Of a stretch of 64,000 nucleotides of DNA, positions 28,254 to 42,819 are shown one piece after another. Location of the stretch: contig NC_069001.1 in assembly GCF_001194135.2 (NCBI RefSeq), positions 3,576,735-3,640,734 on the forward strand, given 5' to 3'. The notes under the pieces are model-generated. The model did not search any database. It saw only the letters and a program-made list of their open reading frames with translations, and was not told where the DNA came from. The DNA is from Octopus bimaculoides. Taxonomy: Eukaryota. Position numbers and translations under genes: made by a program. The stretch's first letter is position 1. Every line of letters starts with the position of its first letter.

Positions 28254-31200
28254 TTTATATATATAAAACATATATAATGTATATATATATATAATACATA
28301 TATAATGTGCACGCATACACACACACACAAATAATATATAATGTTATCGTCAAAGTGATTGGTTAAAAATGTCATTTCACACCCAAATAAACCTTTAAAT
28401 ACATACATTTATCTCAACTAAATTAAGTTTTACTGCTGGTTTTATATCTCTTCTTTTAAACTGTGTGTGTGTGGCGCAGATATAGTTAAACTGTCGTCCT
28501 AAATACTAGTTTACAATATAACTGGAAACAAGATAATTATTTGGTAGCAAACTTTAGGTAGATCTTTAGAAGAAGAAGAAAAAGCATACAAACACCAAAA
28601 CAAAACACTGTTCAATTTATCACACAATTCTCCTAACGGTTGTCTATTATCGGTTTATTCTACTCAGGCAAGAAGAAGAGTGATTCTGTTTGATTCTCTG
28701 CCAAAGTTGATAGCCAACAATTTTGTCTTCAATTAACATTAAGATCTTCTCTTTTGCAATCCATACATCAAATAAACCGTTTCTATCTTGTTTAATTAAT
28801 TACAACTTGCAATAAATAGTAGGTTGCAAGTTCTACCAATGTTTATAATAAACATTTCAGTTGTTATGATATTGCAAAGTTCAAAATAGGAACTTTGGGG
28901 GTAAAAAAAGAAAGAAGTCAATGTTTTGGAGAAGAAAAAAAAGAAAAAATATACAAAATCTTCTGAAAAACTAAAGGAGAAATACATAAATATTAAATTG
29001 GTATCAATGTATTAAATTAAGAAGTTCGTCATAAATATATATTATGTTGTAAGTTTAATGAATTTGTTTCGAAAAATCTTCCATCTTTATGAGATAGCTA
29101 AGTTTTATGGAAAAAGAATGTAAACAGTTATAGTGTGTGTAGGGGGTGGGGGAGAAAATAGCAAATATAAATTGAAAGACAACAACAACAACAACAGTAG
29201 TCACATTAACTGCTCAGTTCAAATACTTGAGTAAACATGTAGTAAACTGTTTCCAATCAATAGGATTCTAAGAAATAATATCTTTCAAAGTCTTTTTTGT
29301 CAGGAAATGCAACGAAAGTCAAATTCAATTTTGAACACACATACACACACCACACACACACACACACACGACACACACACGACACATACACACACACACA
29401 CACGCACATGGAAGAGCAGGAGAGCAGATTTTTACAGTACACAATAGCTCTATAGATATAATTCACATACATCTACAATCATATATCATTATTATCAACA
29501 GTACCACCATGAGTTCAACAAGCAAGCCTCTACATTGTTCAACATGCTAAAGATAGCAACCAAATCCCCCACTAAATTGCACTCAATTGTCTTTAAAAGA
29601 AAAGGACAGAAAGGATTCATTTGATGAATGTAGTTCTGGATATACTAAAAGACAGGATGGTCACAACTGGAACTCCATTAACTATACTGTCAGCTTAATC
29701 AACACTAACAAAACAGTATACTTTGTGGAGTGTTTTTTTTTGAGGGTGATTTTAGCCAAACAAGGGACAGTTATGTGAGCACTCAACCTACAAGAAACAG
29801 CATCCAAATCTTCTTCAAATCTTCCCTACCATCTTAAATAAAAGACAAAAGGTAATGTAGCCTTACATAACCTACATATAAGACTGAAAGGTCAAAGCTG
29901 AGATGCTTTTAAACAATAATCCACTCAAAGTTACCTACGACAGAACAATAACATGTTTCATTGGCTTGTACTTTTAAATCTTTGGTCTGTCTATATCATG
30001 GTACAACCCACAATCTAGTCACAACACTGTCTTTACAGCCATGAAATATTACTATCTGCATGTCTGCCTCACTCAGATAACATTTTGTCTTCTTGTATAA
30101 TCCAGCTGTAATCACATGTCATCTTTTATTCAGAAACATTGCATTGAGGACTACATTATCCTTATGTGTCCTTCCTTCTTCAAGACAAGTATACCTCAAT
30201 TTGAGGCAGATTTGTCTGCTATTTCTAGAAAACCAGGTAACCACACAGAAGTTCCATTACTGGCTCGCAAATAGAGATAGCAATCTCCTAATGTGTCTTC
30301 ACTTAAACTGTCTCAAACCACCAAACCAATACTAATTTTACCAATTATACTAGTAATGCATCCTTCTAAATAATTCATATATATATATATAAATATATAT
30401 TAGCAATAATTGTCTGCCACAATAAAATGTACCCAATAGAGAGGTTGGTGTTTGGAAGGGCAACCAGAAAATATACCAAAAAGTGAAATTTGCAAACAAG
30501 ATATAGTCCTCCAGCTCATCTATGAAGACAGTAACTCTGAAGAACTCTCTCAAACCATGACAACCTGTCCAAGCCAATCCACCAAGGAAAGTGGACATAA
30601 GAATTATGATGATGAAGAGAATGATGATGAGGACCTCAACTAAATCTTCACCCAAATAGGAGTTTATCAGATGGATATTTTACCACAATCCCAAAAGAAA
30701 AAAACATCAACCACAATACGCACACACACACATAAAATCAGCAATGTACTACATATATTAGCTTGTTTTTATGTGAAGTTATATATAAAAACAATTTAAC
30801 ATTTTATTGAAGGATTACTCAAACCTTTTAATACTAAAGTAATATTTTAGTAGTACTTTTTATGTTTATTAATTTTTACATAGTCAAATGATGGCTAGTA
30901 AGCCAAGTCACTATCAGCCTTTTTACCTTGTAAAACATATAATTCACATGGGTGGTAATCATATATAACTGGGATATATAACTGCATTATCTAACAACTG
31001 CAGTTATGTAACTACAAGATATAAGTGTGTGTATGTGTGTAATGTACAACAACTGCAATATACAGCAACTGCAACATAAAAATGTTCCCCACAACAACAG
31101 CAGTATATGACTGGATACAAGAAAGCAATCAGAAACTAAATCGTTATTTGTAATTGTTGTATATATTATCTAATTAATCCAATACAAACTTTTTCCAATA

Positions 31201-31749
31201 ACATCTAATAGCTTCAATGTTATTATTCTGCTTTCTATGAAAAGATCTAAAGCTAGATAAATTTTTTTTTTCATCTTCTGAATTTGATGCTTTTGAATCA
31301 ACATAAAATAAATATATATACACACATTACATATATATATACATGCATATATATATACATATACACACACATATATATATATAAAATTATTTCAAAGGCT
31401 GAGTCTGTATGAATTGCTGCTCAGTTTCTTGTTTCCAGTCTGCAAAACCAGAAAACAAGTGGTGATTCTCGTAGACAAAGATTCTGATAAATGTTTTTTC
31501 CATTCTACCAAACAGAATTGTGGAATTTTTTGCTTAATTGCAATTCATACGAGTATGAATAATATATGCAACAAAACTTCCATAAACAAGAAACACCTAA
31601 ACAAGTATTGCCCCTACCAGAATAAGAATCCCTATGAAGGACAATCGAGCAATATCCAATATATGTTATGATGTAAACAATAAAATCACCAAGAAACCAA
31701 GAACCCCTAAATAAATTCAACCCTATGAGGGCAAGCTCGTATTTATTTG

Positions 31750-31877
31750 GCATTAGGAAGGGCATCCAGCTGTAGAAACTCTGCCAAATCAGATTGGAGC
31801 CTGGTGTAGCCATCTGGTTTCACCAGTCCTCATTCAAACCGTCCAACCCATGCTAGCATGGAAAGCGGACGTTAAAC

Positions 31878-31926
<49 letters not shown>
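31750..31926 (+). mobile_element. 3' half of a SINE (family E) ending in a (GAT)n tail; CpG-intact copy
   Basis: ggaagggcatccagctgtagaaac...acccatgctagcatggaaagcggacgttaaac(gat)n. Decayed copies at ~1470-1530, 12290-12400, 13420-13490, 41960-42080, 44540-44650, 51040-51150. Confidence 0.7.
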
Positions 31927-31928
<2 letters not shown>

Positions 31929-32009
31929 ATACATATATATATCATTTTATTTATTTGTTTTTAAGTGTAGTTATATATTTATAAACAAACATTGAGGGAT
32001 TGCTCATGA

Positions 32010-32390
32010 AAATACGGAGACTGAGTAAAAAGAATGAGAAAATAAAAAGAGTAAAGAGAAAGCATGAGGAGAAAAAGAGAGAGAGTAAAGAGAAAGACTG
32101 AGAGAGTAAAAAGAAAGAAAAGAGGAAGACAGAGAGAGTTAAAAAAAAGACAGAGTAAAATGTAAGAATAAGTAAAAAGAGTGAAGAGGGAGAGAAAGAG
32201 AAAATAAAGAGAAAGATAGACTGAGTAAAGAGAAAAGAGAGAGAGGAAAGAGAAAGCTAAAGCAAATAAAGAGAAAGAAGGAGTAAAGAGGAAGAGAGTG
32301 AGAGTAAAGAGAAAGAGAGGAAATAGGAAGATATAGAAAGTGTGAATAGAGAGAAAGTGTAAAATGAAAGAGAGTGTGAAAAAGGGCAAA
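32010..32390. repeat. Purine-rich degenerate repeat (gagtaaagagaaaaga-like units)
   Basis: About 380 bp that is almost entirely A/G on the plus strand. Confidence 0.85.
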
Positions 32391-33519
32391 ATGAGTGTTG
32401 AATAGCTGCGATGTTTGGTTGATCAGTGAAGAATTAGCCTTGAACAACTTGTACGATATTCTGATTAGTTCCAACATCTCTAACACAACTACTTCTTCTA
32501 AAGGTTAGACATTTCTTTCAAACATTTTACACTATAACACTGAAATACATGCCTTACACACACACATGTATAAACATACACAACTTACACAATACATACA
32601 GAACATTTACAAACGCACAGAAAATACTTGCAAAACAATACAACACATGTACACATACACATACACAACTACATAAACACACACACACACACACACAGTT
32701 TTTCATCACTGATAGATGCATCTAATTGTGTCCCGTCCACCCACAAGTCAGTCCTGATTGAGAACACCTATGATCAGAGACACTCTAGCCATGACGATCT
32801 GTCTTTTTTAAGAAATTGTATATCAAGACTCTAATATGTACTTTCTAAAGAAGAAAGAACATGATTTGAGGAAGATTTGGCAGCTGTTTCTTGCTAGTAA
32901 AGCAATCACATAGAGCTTCTTTGTTGATTGATGGCTGCTTTTGTTGTTTAACCCTGGATTAAGTATGACTGAGCAGACCCATGATGAAAGGCCATAAATG
33001 TCCTGCCCTTTTTTTAAGGTGGATGTGGGGTATCTAAGACCAGAGTATTTAATATGTTCTCTGTTTTGAATCAGGTTGATTATACCATTCAATGCATTTA
33101 TGTGCATGTTTTGAACTTCAAGCTTTCTTAGAAGAGCTAACTAGATGTATTTATTCCTGTTTTGCCAAACCATCCAAAGAGATTGCCTGAATATGTAGCA
33201 TTTCAAGAATTTAGCCAGACTGATCCTAAAAAGATCTTGCATCTCACCCATGCTCAATTTATCACTTCAGCAAATGGTAAAAAAAAAAAACTAGTGAGTC
33301 AATAACCAGTAATAATTTTTATATCAGTAGTATTAAAAGATGAGATGACTTCACCATCTACAATAATAGAAAGTTTACAGAATCCAATTGTAAAGTGAAG
33401 GCACATGGCTGAGTGGTTAGGGTGTTTGGTTCAAAACTAGAAATTTCAACTGGAGACATTAAATTTTTATGTCAAACTAAGCAAGGAAAAATACAAACAG
33501 CTTATATCTTTTTCCTATA

Positions 33520-33851
33520 CCTTTTATTTGTTTTGGTCATTGGACTACAACCATGCTGGGGCACCACCTTGAAGACTTTTTTTTAAAGTCTGGTACTTAT
33601 TCTATTGATCTCTATTACCAAACTGCTAGGTTATGTGGACATAAATAAGCTAACACTAGTTGTTAAACAGTAGAAGAGACAAACACACACTAACACACAA
33701 CAGGCTTCCACATAGTCTCTGTATACCAAATTCAATCACAAGACATTCATCAGCCTGGGGCTATAGTAGAAGACACTTGCCCAAAGTAGGACTGAACCTG
33801 AAACCATATGGGTGCAAAGAGAGATTCTTAATTACACAGCCATTCCTGCAC
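33520..33851 (-). mobile_element. Near full-length tRNA-derived SINE family C (other pieces at ~17740-17890, 24895-25030, 40255-40490, 50860-51040, 52905-53220, 63567-63687, 63910-64000)
   Basis: Recurrent motifs ccatgctggggcacc, ggtacttattctattg, ggctatagtagaagacacttgcccaa, ggactgaacc (B-box complement). Confidence 0.7.
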
Positions 33852-34534
33852 GTAATGTTCGAGTACATTCACTAATTTACAGCTATTTTGAAGATTTAGA
33901 TCCAGAAAATGTGCAAGGACAGCCACCTTAAATTATCTCACTGACAAGGGAATTTTCTAGAATTATCAAAGAAAAAGTATGAAAACATCAATAAAGAAAT
34001 AGTGAGAGTTAACTTTGCAAAGGAATTAAAATTCAGAACCACAGAAATATTTCTCAAGACAAAAAAAATAGAGATAAACTCTGATTCCCAATTATCTCAA
34101 AATTAATGATAAACTTCCTATTATTGTATCATTCTTCAACTACAACAGAAAAAAAAGTGGTTTTCTGTGGTAAACAAGTTAAAGGTAAAAAGTCATTCCC
34201 AACTACGTATGGAAACACTAAATGTCTTATTATGTGGGGGGGGGGGGNNNNNNNNNNNNNNNNNNNNNNNNNNNNNNNNNNNNNNNNNNNNNNNNNNNNN
34301 NNNNNNNNNNNNNNNNNNNNNNNNNNNNNNNNNNNNNNNNNNNNNNNNNNNNNNNNNTTTTTTTTTTTTTTTTGTAGTTTTGTATAAAATAAGGTTAGTC
34401 ATGTTTTTTTTTAATTTAATTTGGTAAAATCCAAGAACGTACGGTTAATTTTAGAAAATCATTTGGTAAAATCCAAGAAAAATCATCTGGAAATTCAACC
34501 AACAAGCAAACTTAGAACAGCACAACACAGTCAA

Positions 34535-34700
34535 AAATGTATTGAGCTTGGAATAACATGGAAAGTCCAGAGAATAAGAAAAACAGATGAAAAAACAAAT
34601 AAAACTATGAGATTGTTGAGTTTATAAAAACCTTTGGAGTTGAGCTGGACACATCAAGAGGATAAATGACAACAGGTGGACTAAAAGGCAGACATAGAAA
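34535..34700 (+). mobile_element. Degenerate RTE-like LINE ORF2 C-terminal fragment
   Basis: Reads ELGITWKVQRIRK..., then in a shifted frame LWS*AGHIKRINDNRWTKRQT, matching the RTE-type W-W-AGH-R--DNRWTK motif. Confidence 0.65.
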
Positions 34701-35015
34701 TATAGATAGAGTCTTTACTCAGTGTTGTACTCAGGAAGAGAAATGGTTGATCTAATTGATTGAGAAGAAGAGAATTGGTAAAATCAGTAAAGGATCAGAT
34801 AGTATCATCTATATTTAGTTACAACCTCTACATTCTTGAATTCAATTCTCACACAGGTAGACTTTTGACTTGTCATTCTTCCAGAGTCTATAACATAAAG
34901 TACGAGTCTTAAACGAGGGAACAATTCAATCATTTATTCCCTTTGGTTTTATGCTTAAGTTTGAAATTAGTTATACACACCTAGATTTATACAACACATT
35001 GGTTGTTGCTGTTGC

Positions 35016-35053
<38 letters not shown>

Positions 35054-36441
35054 GATCCCAGGCCAGCTTCAATCAAACAAACCTATTATCAAATGCATTC
35101 CAGTTATGACCATTCCTCCTCCAGGGGTAATATCTCCTAAATCTACGTTACCCAATATAGTTTTCCTTTTCTGAAGTCAGTAGGAAATGATTTGAGGGAG
35201 ATTTAGGCATTATTTCTAGCAGGTCAATGCAATCATGCAGAGACTACATCGTTGGTAGTATATACCTGCATGTATGAACACACACAAGGTATTGGTTGAA
35301 TACATTCTATTTAAAAGTGTACAGCAGATACACACCTTGTACCCTAGTTATACACACCTTAATGTGTACAACATACTTATTACATATATATATATACACC
35401 TTGAAGTGTATAAATATACCAATTACATATGCACAGGTGTGTACAGTATATCCTGGTGTGTACAGTATATCCTGGTGTGTACACTGTCCTGGTTAGACAC
35501 ATCTATATTCTGTCATTTTTTTACAGGTTTCAGAACTTGAACTATGACCATGCTGGAGCACTACCTTCATGGGTTTCAGTCAGTCATTTCAACCTCAGTA
35601 CTTATTTCAGTCTGATACTTATTTTAACAAACCACTAGTTTTGGTTTCAACATAAAGGGACACAACTGGACAGACCCATTTACACTGGTAAACATAAATA
35701 CATACATAGACATACACAGATATATACACACATAGATACATACACACACACACACACACATAAACATACGGATACATAGACACACATCCATACCCATGGA
35801 CACATATGCACACACATACATATGAGAGAGAGAAAGGGAAAGTCTTGGACTGCTGCTGGAATTCACTTAATTGGAAGAAATTACCAGACTTAACAATAAG
35901 CTCTTATGCTGTATTCATCCATAATCTGTCAATCACACATGCTCTTACAGAAAACTTTCTCGCATTCTACAACTACTGCTGCTACTGCAATAAGAAATAT
36001 ATTTAAAATAATAAAAAAAAAAGTGTAGATTCCAAATAGTTCCAGATCTATAAATATTTCCTTGTCAAAAGGTATATCCACAGAACATTTACCACAAAGA
36101 TCAAATAACCAACGTTTGTATTAATGGTTATAATTTTTCAAGAACAGATCTCTGCATGAAATAGTCTGCAGCTTGTCAAATTCCATCAAAGAAACAGCAG
36201 CCAACAATATGAGAATGCATATCAACTGTGTATCCACAGAACTACCAACACATACATAAATACATACATATATATATAAACATACATACATCTGCATCAT
36301 TTCTATATGAAGCATAATTATATTCGTTATTATCACATGGGAATTAGAAATATCACCCTCATATGTCTCTCTTATAAGCATATATAAATATAGAGATAGA
36401 TACATACATACACACATACATACATGCGTACATATATACAT

Positions 36442-36494
<53 letters not shown>

Positions 36495-36915
36495 NNNNNN
36501 NNNNNNNNNNNNNNNNNNNNNNNNNNNNNNNNNNNNNNNNNNNNNNNNNNNNNNNNNNNNNNNNNNNNNNNNNNNNNNNNNNNNNNNNNNNNNNNNNNNN
36601 NNNNNNNNNNNNNNNNNNNNNNNNNNNNNNNNNNNNNNNNNNNNNNNNNNNNNNNNNNNNNNNNNNNNNNNNNNNNNNNNNNNNNNNNNNNNNNNNNNNN
36701 NNNNNNNNNNNNNNNNNNNNNNNNNNNNNNNNNNNNNNNNNNNNNNNNNNNNNNNNNNNNNNNNNNNNNNNNNNNNNNNNNNNNNNNNNNNNNNNNNNNN
36801 NNNNNNNNNNNNNNNNNNNNNNNNNNNNNNNNNNNNNNNNNNNNNNNNNNNNNNNNNNNNNNNNNNNNNNNNNNNNNNNNNNNNNNNNNNNNNNNNNNNN
36901 NNNNNNNNNNNNNNN

Positions 36916-36968
<53 letters not shown>

Positions 36969-36969
36969 G

Positions 36970-37010
<41 letters not shown>

Positions 37011-40000
37011 TAGATATAGATATTTAAATGTAAATAAATCTTCATTCTATATTTTTTCCTGAGCATTTTCAGTTTCATTTATTTCTTCTACAATATTTCT
37101 TGTTTGTTTTAATAATGGTTTATATATATACATATTTATGAGTCAGCGGACAAATAAAAGCAGGTGGCACTCAACAACGCATTTCATGGGAGTTACATAT
37201 ATTATTTAATAGCAGTTTGGTTTGGCTCCATGTAACTTTTGTGAGTTTGCCAAGGTCGACTTTCATCCTTCAGGATCAATAAAATAAATACCAGCTGAGC
37301 ACTGAGGTTGATGTAATTGACTAAGCTCCCCAGCAAAAAAAATTTCAGGCTTTGTATCTATTATAGAAAGGACAAGTTTAATTATGTTTCCCAAGAAACC
37401 ACAAGCCATGACCCAGGATAAGAAAAATTTGCATCCCTTCTATTTATGTCATTCCCTCTTTCTCATTATCATCATCATCAATGTCCATTGACAAATGAAA
37501 TTCCTGAAGAACTGTGTTGAGGTCTTGATTTCAATTCCCAATTAGTCACTTCACTTGAGCTGTTAAAACTCCAAGAAAACAGACTACATCCACACAACAC
37601 TCCGTTTCCCTGCACCCACCTTCACTAAATATTTTTACCTTTCACAGTTGTAAAGCAAACATCTCAACTACACAGCCATACCTACATACATGACTTGCAA
37701 TAAAAAGAGAGGGAAAATCCAAAGACCCTGGTTTGAAAGCCTTCAAAAGAGCAGATGGGTTCCAGTGAAGGTACTCAAGGGCCAGGTGATGGTATCAGAT
37801 TGGGTAATGGATTAGACCTGACCTTGCAGCCTGTATGCCACTTCCATTAACAAAACTAACCTTGTCCTTTGTTAAAAACAAATCCAATTGTTATTTGCGT
37901 ACATAAAGCCTGATAGAGAATGGGGAATTATGATTTTAAAATAAGTTAATTAGAAGACATCTTGGTGAAGTAGAAACAAGATATCAATGGGAATAGAGAA
38001 GAAGAGGAAGTATTAAAAGAGAAAAATATCTCTTCTATTGTTTCTCAGATATTTTCATTTTGCTGACGTTACTTAACATTATGGATTTGTAGAAAGCAGA
38101 TTTACTGACAGTTATTTATATACCTAACACACATACATATATATATACACTCATACAGACTTACATGCATATACATATACACACACATACACATTTACAC
38201 AGCTCAATGATATTAACATTATCTCACAGTATTATTGGACTTAGAGTCTGATAATAAAATTTATTAAAATAAACATTCTACAAAACCTAAATATCTTCAG
38301 TGAAATTCTGATATAAATATCTCCTACACAGATGTCATTATTGTGAGGAACTGATGCTTTAAGTAGTTATAAAATATTGTTTTAAGTGAACGCAGTCATA
38401 ATATTCTATGAGAAACTAGGTGAGCCCATGAAGAAGCCACTACATGTTCACTTGCTTTGATAGAAATAGCAGCTAAGTATCCCACAAATTATGCCATAAT
38501 GTCTTCAAAAAGAAAAAGCAGAAAAGGAAGGATATTATCATAAACGTTGTATGTCCACTTCTCCATGCTGAATGATATAATTCCAAGATAACTGATGTCT
38601 GGGGGAAAAAGTCAGGATGGACATAATTGGAATGCCTCTCTTAGATCTTCTTGACCAGAACTGACCCAAGGTTAAATAACATCACTACCAATTGAAAAAT
38701 AAGTTTTGAAATGATTGATTCCTTTAGATGAGGAGAGCTAAAATAATGATTTAGATGGTGGAGAGTACTGTTTGAGAAGTGAAGGGGGAAGAGGCTCTGT
38801 ATGAGAGAGGGGGGGGAGAAAGTGTCTGTTTCAGAGGAACACCAGGGAAAGTGTAAGATGACATAGAAAGGTCAAATCTGAGAGGAGTTGGACCTATCAC
38901 GCAGGGGTGGAAGGGCAGGCATTGTGGTGGTGATGGTGTTGCTGTTGTTGGTGATAGCATATACTATAACATACCATTTATGCATTGTATAGATATCAAT
39001 ATACTACCCTCTATATAATTTACACACACATACATGGAGACATCAATTGGCTGATATCATGATATCAATGTTAGAATGGTAAAAGCCTGAGAAAAACAGT
39101 AGATAGAAGTAGCTCAACTTTAGAGCTACTGGGGACCACTCCTTATGTCTGAAGAATGGCAGAGAGTCGTACAATAGTAGTAGTAGTTGCAGTGGTGGTG
39201 ATTGGTGGTGGTAGTAGTGATGGTAACAGAGATAGTTACTGCTGTAGAAGTTGTACTGTCTATGCATACAACCAAAGAGAGAGCAACAAAGTGTGTGTGT
39301 GTGTGTGTGTGTAATTAACACACAAACACACTCATACTTAGATACTATAGAAAGATGGAGAAGAGAAGAAGAGAAAGGGGGAAGAGAATAAGGAGGGGTC
39401 AGAAGAAAAGAAAAGTGGTATTTCAAAATCGCAAACAACAACAGCAACAACAAAAGCATTGGCAGGTGAGGAATGGGGTGGCATTTGGTGAAGAAGAATT
39501 ATTTTCCACCCTTGTTTTTCATTAGGCCAGTCTCGTGTGTAATTTATATAAGATGACAGCTTTTGAGATTTAGCCAAAATGATTGACTGGACCTCCAACT
39601 GACCAAACTGATATTGGTCTTTTCAATATTTGTAAAAGAGACTATGAACTACCCTCTTAATATCAGCTTCAAACACATTGAATGTAGAGTTCAATTATGT
39701 TATTGAAAATTGAATATGTAATAACAATGGTGACTTTATTAAACATTGAAAATATGATGGCCAGACATAAAGAAGTTCATCTGTCATTGTCCTCTCTTCT
39801 GTTCACCCTCATGGTCATGTTGCCTTCAATGGACAGAAACAATGTTAAGTAGTGAGAACTCTTTGGTCTTGTAGAATACAAGGCAGCCTCACTAGTGTTG
39901 GTGCCACCATTAAATGCTCTCGTTAAAGTGGTTGGCAAACAAGGGGAGACAACATAGAATTGAGAGGACCCTTTAGTCTTGTCAAGGATGTGACAACTTC

Positions 40001-41154
40001 ACTGGTGCTGGTACTACAATAAAATTGCTCCAATTAATCTCTGTGATGTGGTTGTTTCGTTAGAGAAAGAAAGACAATGCTCTTGACCTTTGAGATTTAC
40101 AGGAAATTTACAGTGGGTAGAAGGATGGGGGAGATCTCCACTAAGACCAGACATTTGGTGTGAATATATACAATGAAGCAGACACCACTAAAAGCACCAT
40201 CTTCAGGTGACGGAGTTAAACCATGAAACAGATTCAGTCTGCCACCCAAGAACTGGTTTGGTCAATTCAGCAAGCTACCACACAGTTTCCTTCTACCCAA
40301 TTTCACTCACAAGGCTTGGGTACACGTGATGCTATGGTAGAGGACACAAGTTATTCAAGATTAAAGTTATTTCAGAAGTGTCAGGCTATGGTAGAAGACA
40401 CTTGACTAAAGACCCATGCAGAGGAATTGAACCCAAAATCATCTGGTTGCAAAATGGCTTTCTTACCCACACTGCAAGGCCTGCACCTACAAGTTACTCA
40501 GGTTATTTCTGAAATACCATAAAAGTATGAAAGTTTGTAATTAAATAACTTCAGTGTTTTTCCATTTCATGCTTACAGATGGTGATGTTGTTGTTGTTGT
40601 TGTTGTTTGACTTCAAATTAGCTTTGATTGAGCAAACCTATAATCAAAAATGTACCAGCCATGACCATCCCACCTTTCACTCACACATTGTGCATTCAAG
40701 CCACATTATTCAATGTGTTCTTTCACTTGAGGGTAAGAGGTGATTTGAGGGAGATGTGGTTGCTATTTCTAGCAAGTAGAGCATACAGTCTCCTTTGTTG
40801 GTTCATTCATACATTTCAGACATATGACTATACAGATGTTAATTAACTCCACAATATTGAGTCTGTTTCACTTTTGTATACAATAAACAAAAAAAAAACC
40901 ATAATAACAATAAAACTGGACTCTACAAAGGATAATAATTGGTGTTGCTGGAATTAATAAAACTATCGGAAAATATAATGAATATGTTTTGATGCATGTG
41001 TGTGTGTGGGTCAGTGTATGAACATGTGTACACATCTGAATATATGTGTGTGCATGTATGAGTGAGCATGTGTATGCATGTGTGTGTGTGCATTTGTGCA
41101 TGTGTGTGTGCACATGCATGCATGTGTGCCTACTAAGGATGCATTAGAGTTTAA

Positions 41155-41374
41155 CCCTTTAGCATTCAAACCATCCATATCCAGCCCAAATATTCTTCTT
41201 GTTTTAAGCTCAAATTAACCAGATCTGGCCTCTCACACCTACCCAACAATGTCGTTCTAAAAATAAACAATCACATCATCTAAACCTTGAAGCTACAAGA
41301 TAATGTATGATTAATTCAAAACAATGTGAATAAATAAGCATTATATTTGACAGAGTAATCTGAAGGCTAAGGGG
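41155..41374. mobile_element. piggyBac-like MITE family 2 (~220 bp); a truncated end of the same family lies at 42594-42631
   Basis: TTAA|CCCTTTAGCATTCA...CTGAAGGCTAAGGGG|TTAA: imperfect TIRs and TTAA TSD. The interior differs from family 1. Confidence 0.7.
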
Positions 41375-42631
41375 TTAAAAAGCTAATCTTTTTTTTTTTT
41401 CCTCTATAAATGATTCATCAGAGTTCCTTTATGTTCAGTTTGGAACAATAAGTTCCCCAAATTCATTTTTAGATTTACTGAATCTTATATGACAGCAAAT
41501 GGAAGGAAAAAATACAAGAACTTTTGAAAGGAATGAAGAGGTATGTAAATATAATAATATAATAACTATATAAATATATATAAAAAATATAAATATATAC
41601 TAAATATATATATAAAATATATATCAGGTGCAGATTGCATCAATAACCAGCTAGAGGAGGTGTCCTCTTGGAGTTAAAAAATGGTAGTAATGTTGGTTCG
41701 AACGGAACAGCCATGTTGAAGTGATGACAAACATTACTTCACAGCATACTGTATTTACTACTTTCGTCTCTTAAAGAGATTTTCTAACTAGCTACTTTGC
41801 TTATGTAAATATACATATGTTTATTTGTATGCCTCTTTGTTTCCTCGCATTCACACAGCTACCTGAGTCAGTGACAATAACAGCACACTCGCACATCAAG
41901 TAAGGGAATGGCTATATTCACTCCCAATCTGCCATGAAAAAAATTGTCTGGCTACGGGTAAATATCATTTTGCTTGGAAACCAGTGTGGGTTGGTGAGAG
42001 GAAGGGCATCCAGCTGCAGGAAATCTACCTCAACAAATTCTGCTTGACCCATACAAACATGGACAAGTAGGTATTAAAATGATGACAACAACAATGTTGG
42101 TGGTGATGGTAGTGGTAGTGGTGGTGGCAATGGTGGGGTGGAAGTGGTGGTGGTGGTGGGGATTTCTTTTTTTAGTAAGGATATGAAAAGATACAGCCAA
42201 AGTAAGTAAGATATATATCGTCATACTCGAGTGATTGTCTAAAGAAATGTGATGAGAACTTTATCAAATGGCTGGAATTGATAGCCAGAAAGATCAGAAA
42301 GATCTCAAGGCTATTACACAATAGATTCATTATTGATTCCCTCTCTGTTTGATTCTAAAATCAGGGAAAAATGGGAAATGATTTCATTTATCTATTGGAA
42401 CAATTGCTTTTAAAGCCAGATGTCTTTCTCACTGCTAATCATTCAACCATAAAGTTAAGTGGAGACTCTGTTGTGCCAGCAGTCAAGCAAACTGAAGCAT
42501 CTGGAATTATGCGACTTGCTCAGGGGACAAAATACAACAACTGTAGCAAAGTTGGAACTCATAACCTCGGGATCAATAATCCAACAACCCCTTAACCCTT
42601 TAGCATTAAGATTGCTCTGTCAAATATGCAA

Positions 42632-42770
42632 CCGGTACTTAATTTATTGACCCCCAAAAGGATGAAAGGCAAAGTCGACCTCAGTGGAATTTGAACTCAG
42701 AACGTAAAGACAGATGAAATACCACTAAGCATTTTGCCCGGTGTGCTAACAATTCTGCCAGCTTGCCACC

Positions 42771-42772
<2 letters not shown>
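42632..42772 (-). mobile_element. tRNA-derived SINE family A, followed by (AAT)n to ~42845
   Basis: Minus strand begins ggtggcaagctggcagaattgttagcacacc (A-box-like) ... ttctgagttcaaattcc (B-box) ... gtcgactttgcctttcatcc. The same core recurs at more than 15 places in the window. Confidence 0.8.

Positions 42773-42819
<47 letters not shown>

Noticed and set aside
38751-38960. Pro/Ser-rich minus-strand ORF of 69 aa
   Set aside because: Explained by C/T-rich low-complexity sequence; no recognisable motif or splice support.
41915-41945. Minus-strand WQIG, like SCAI WQIGEIASKIG
   Set aside because: It continues WQIGSEYSHSL, has no splice sites, and lies in a SINE remnant.
42700-42772. tRNA genes at A-box/B-box matches
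   Set aside because: They are SINE heads followed by SINE body sequence, with no cloverleaf.
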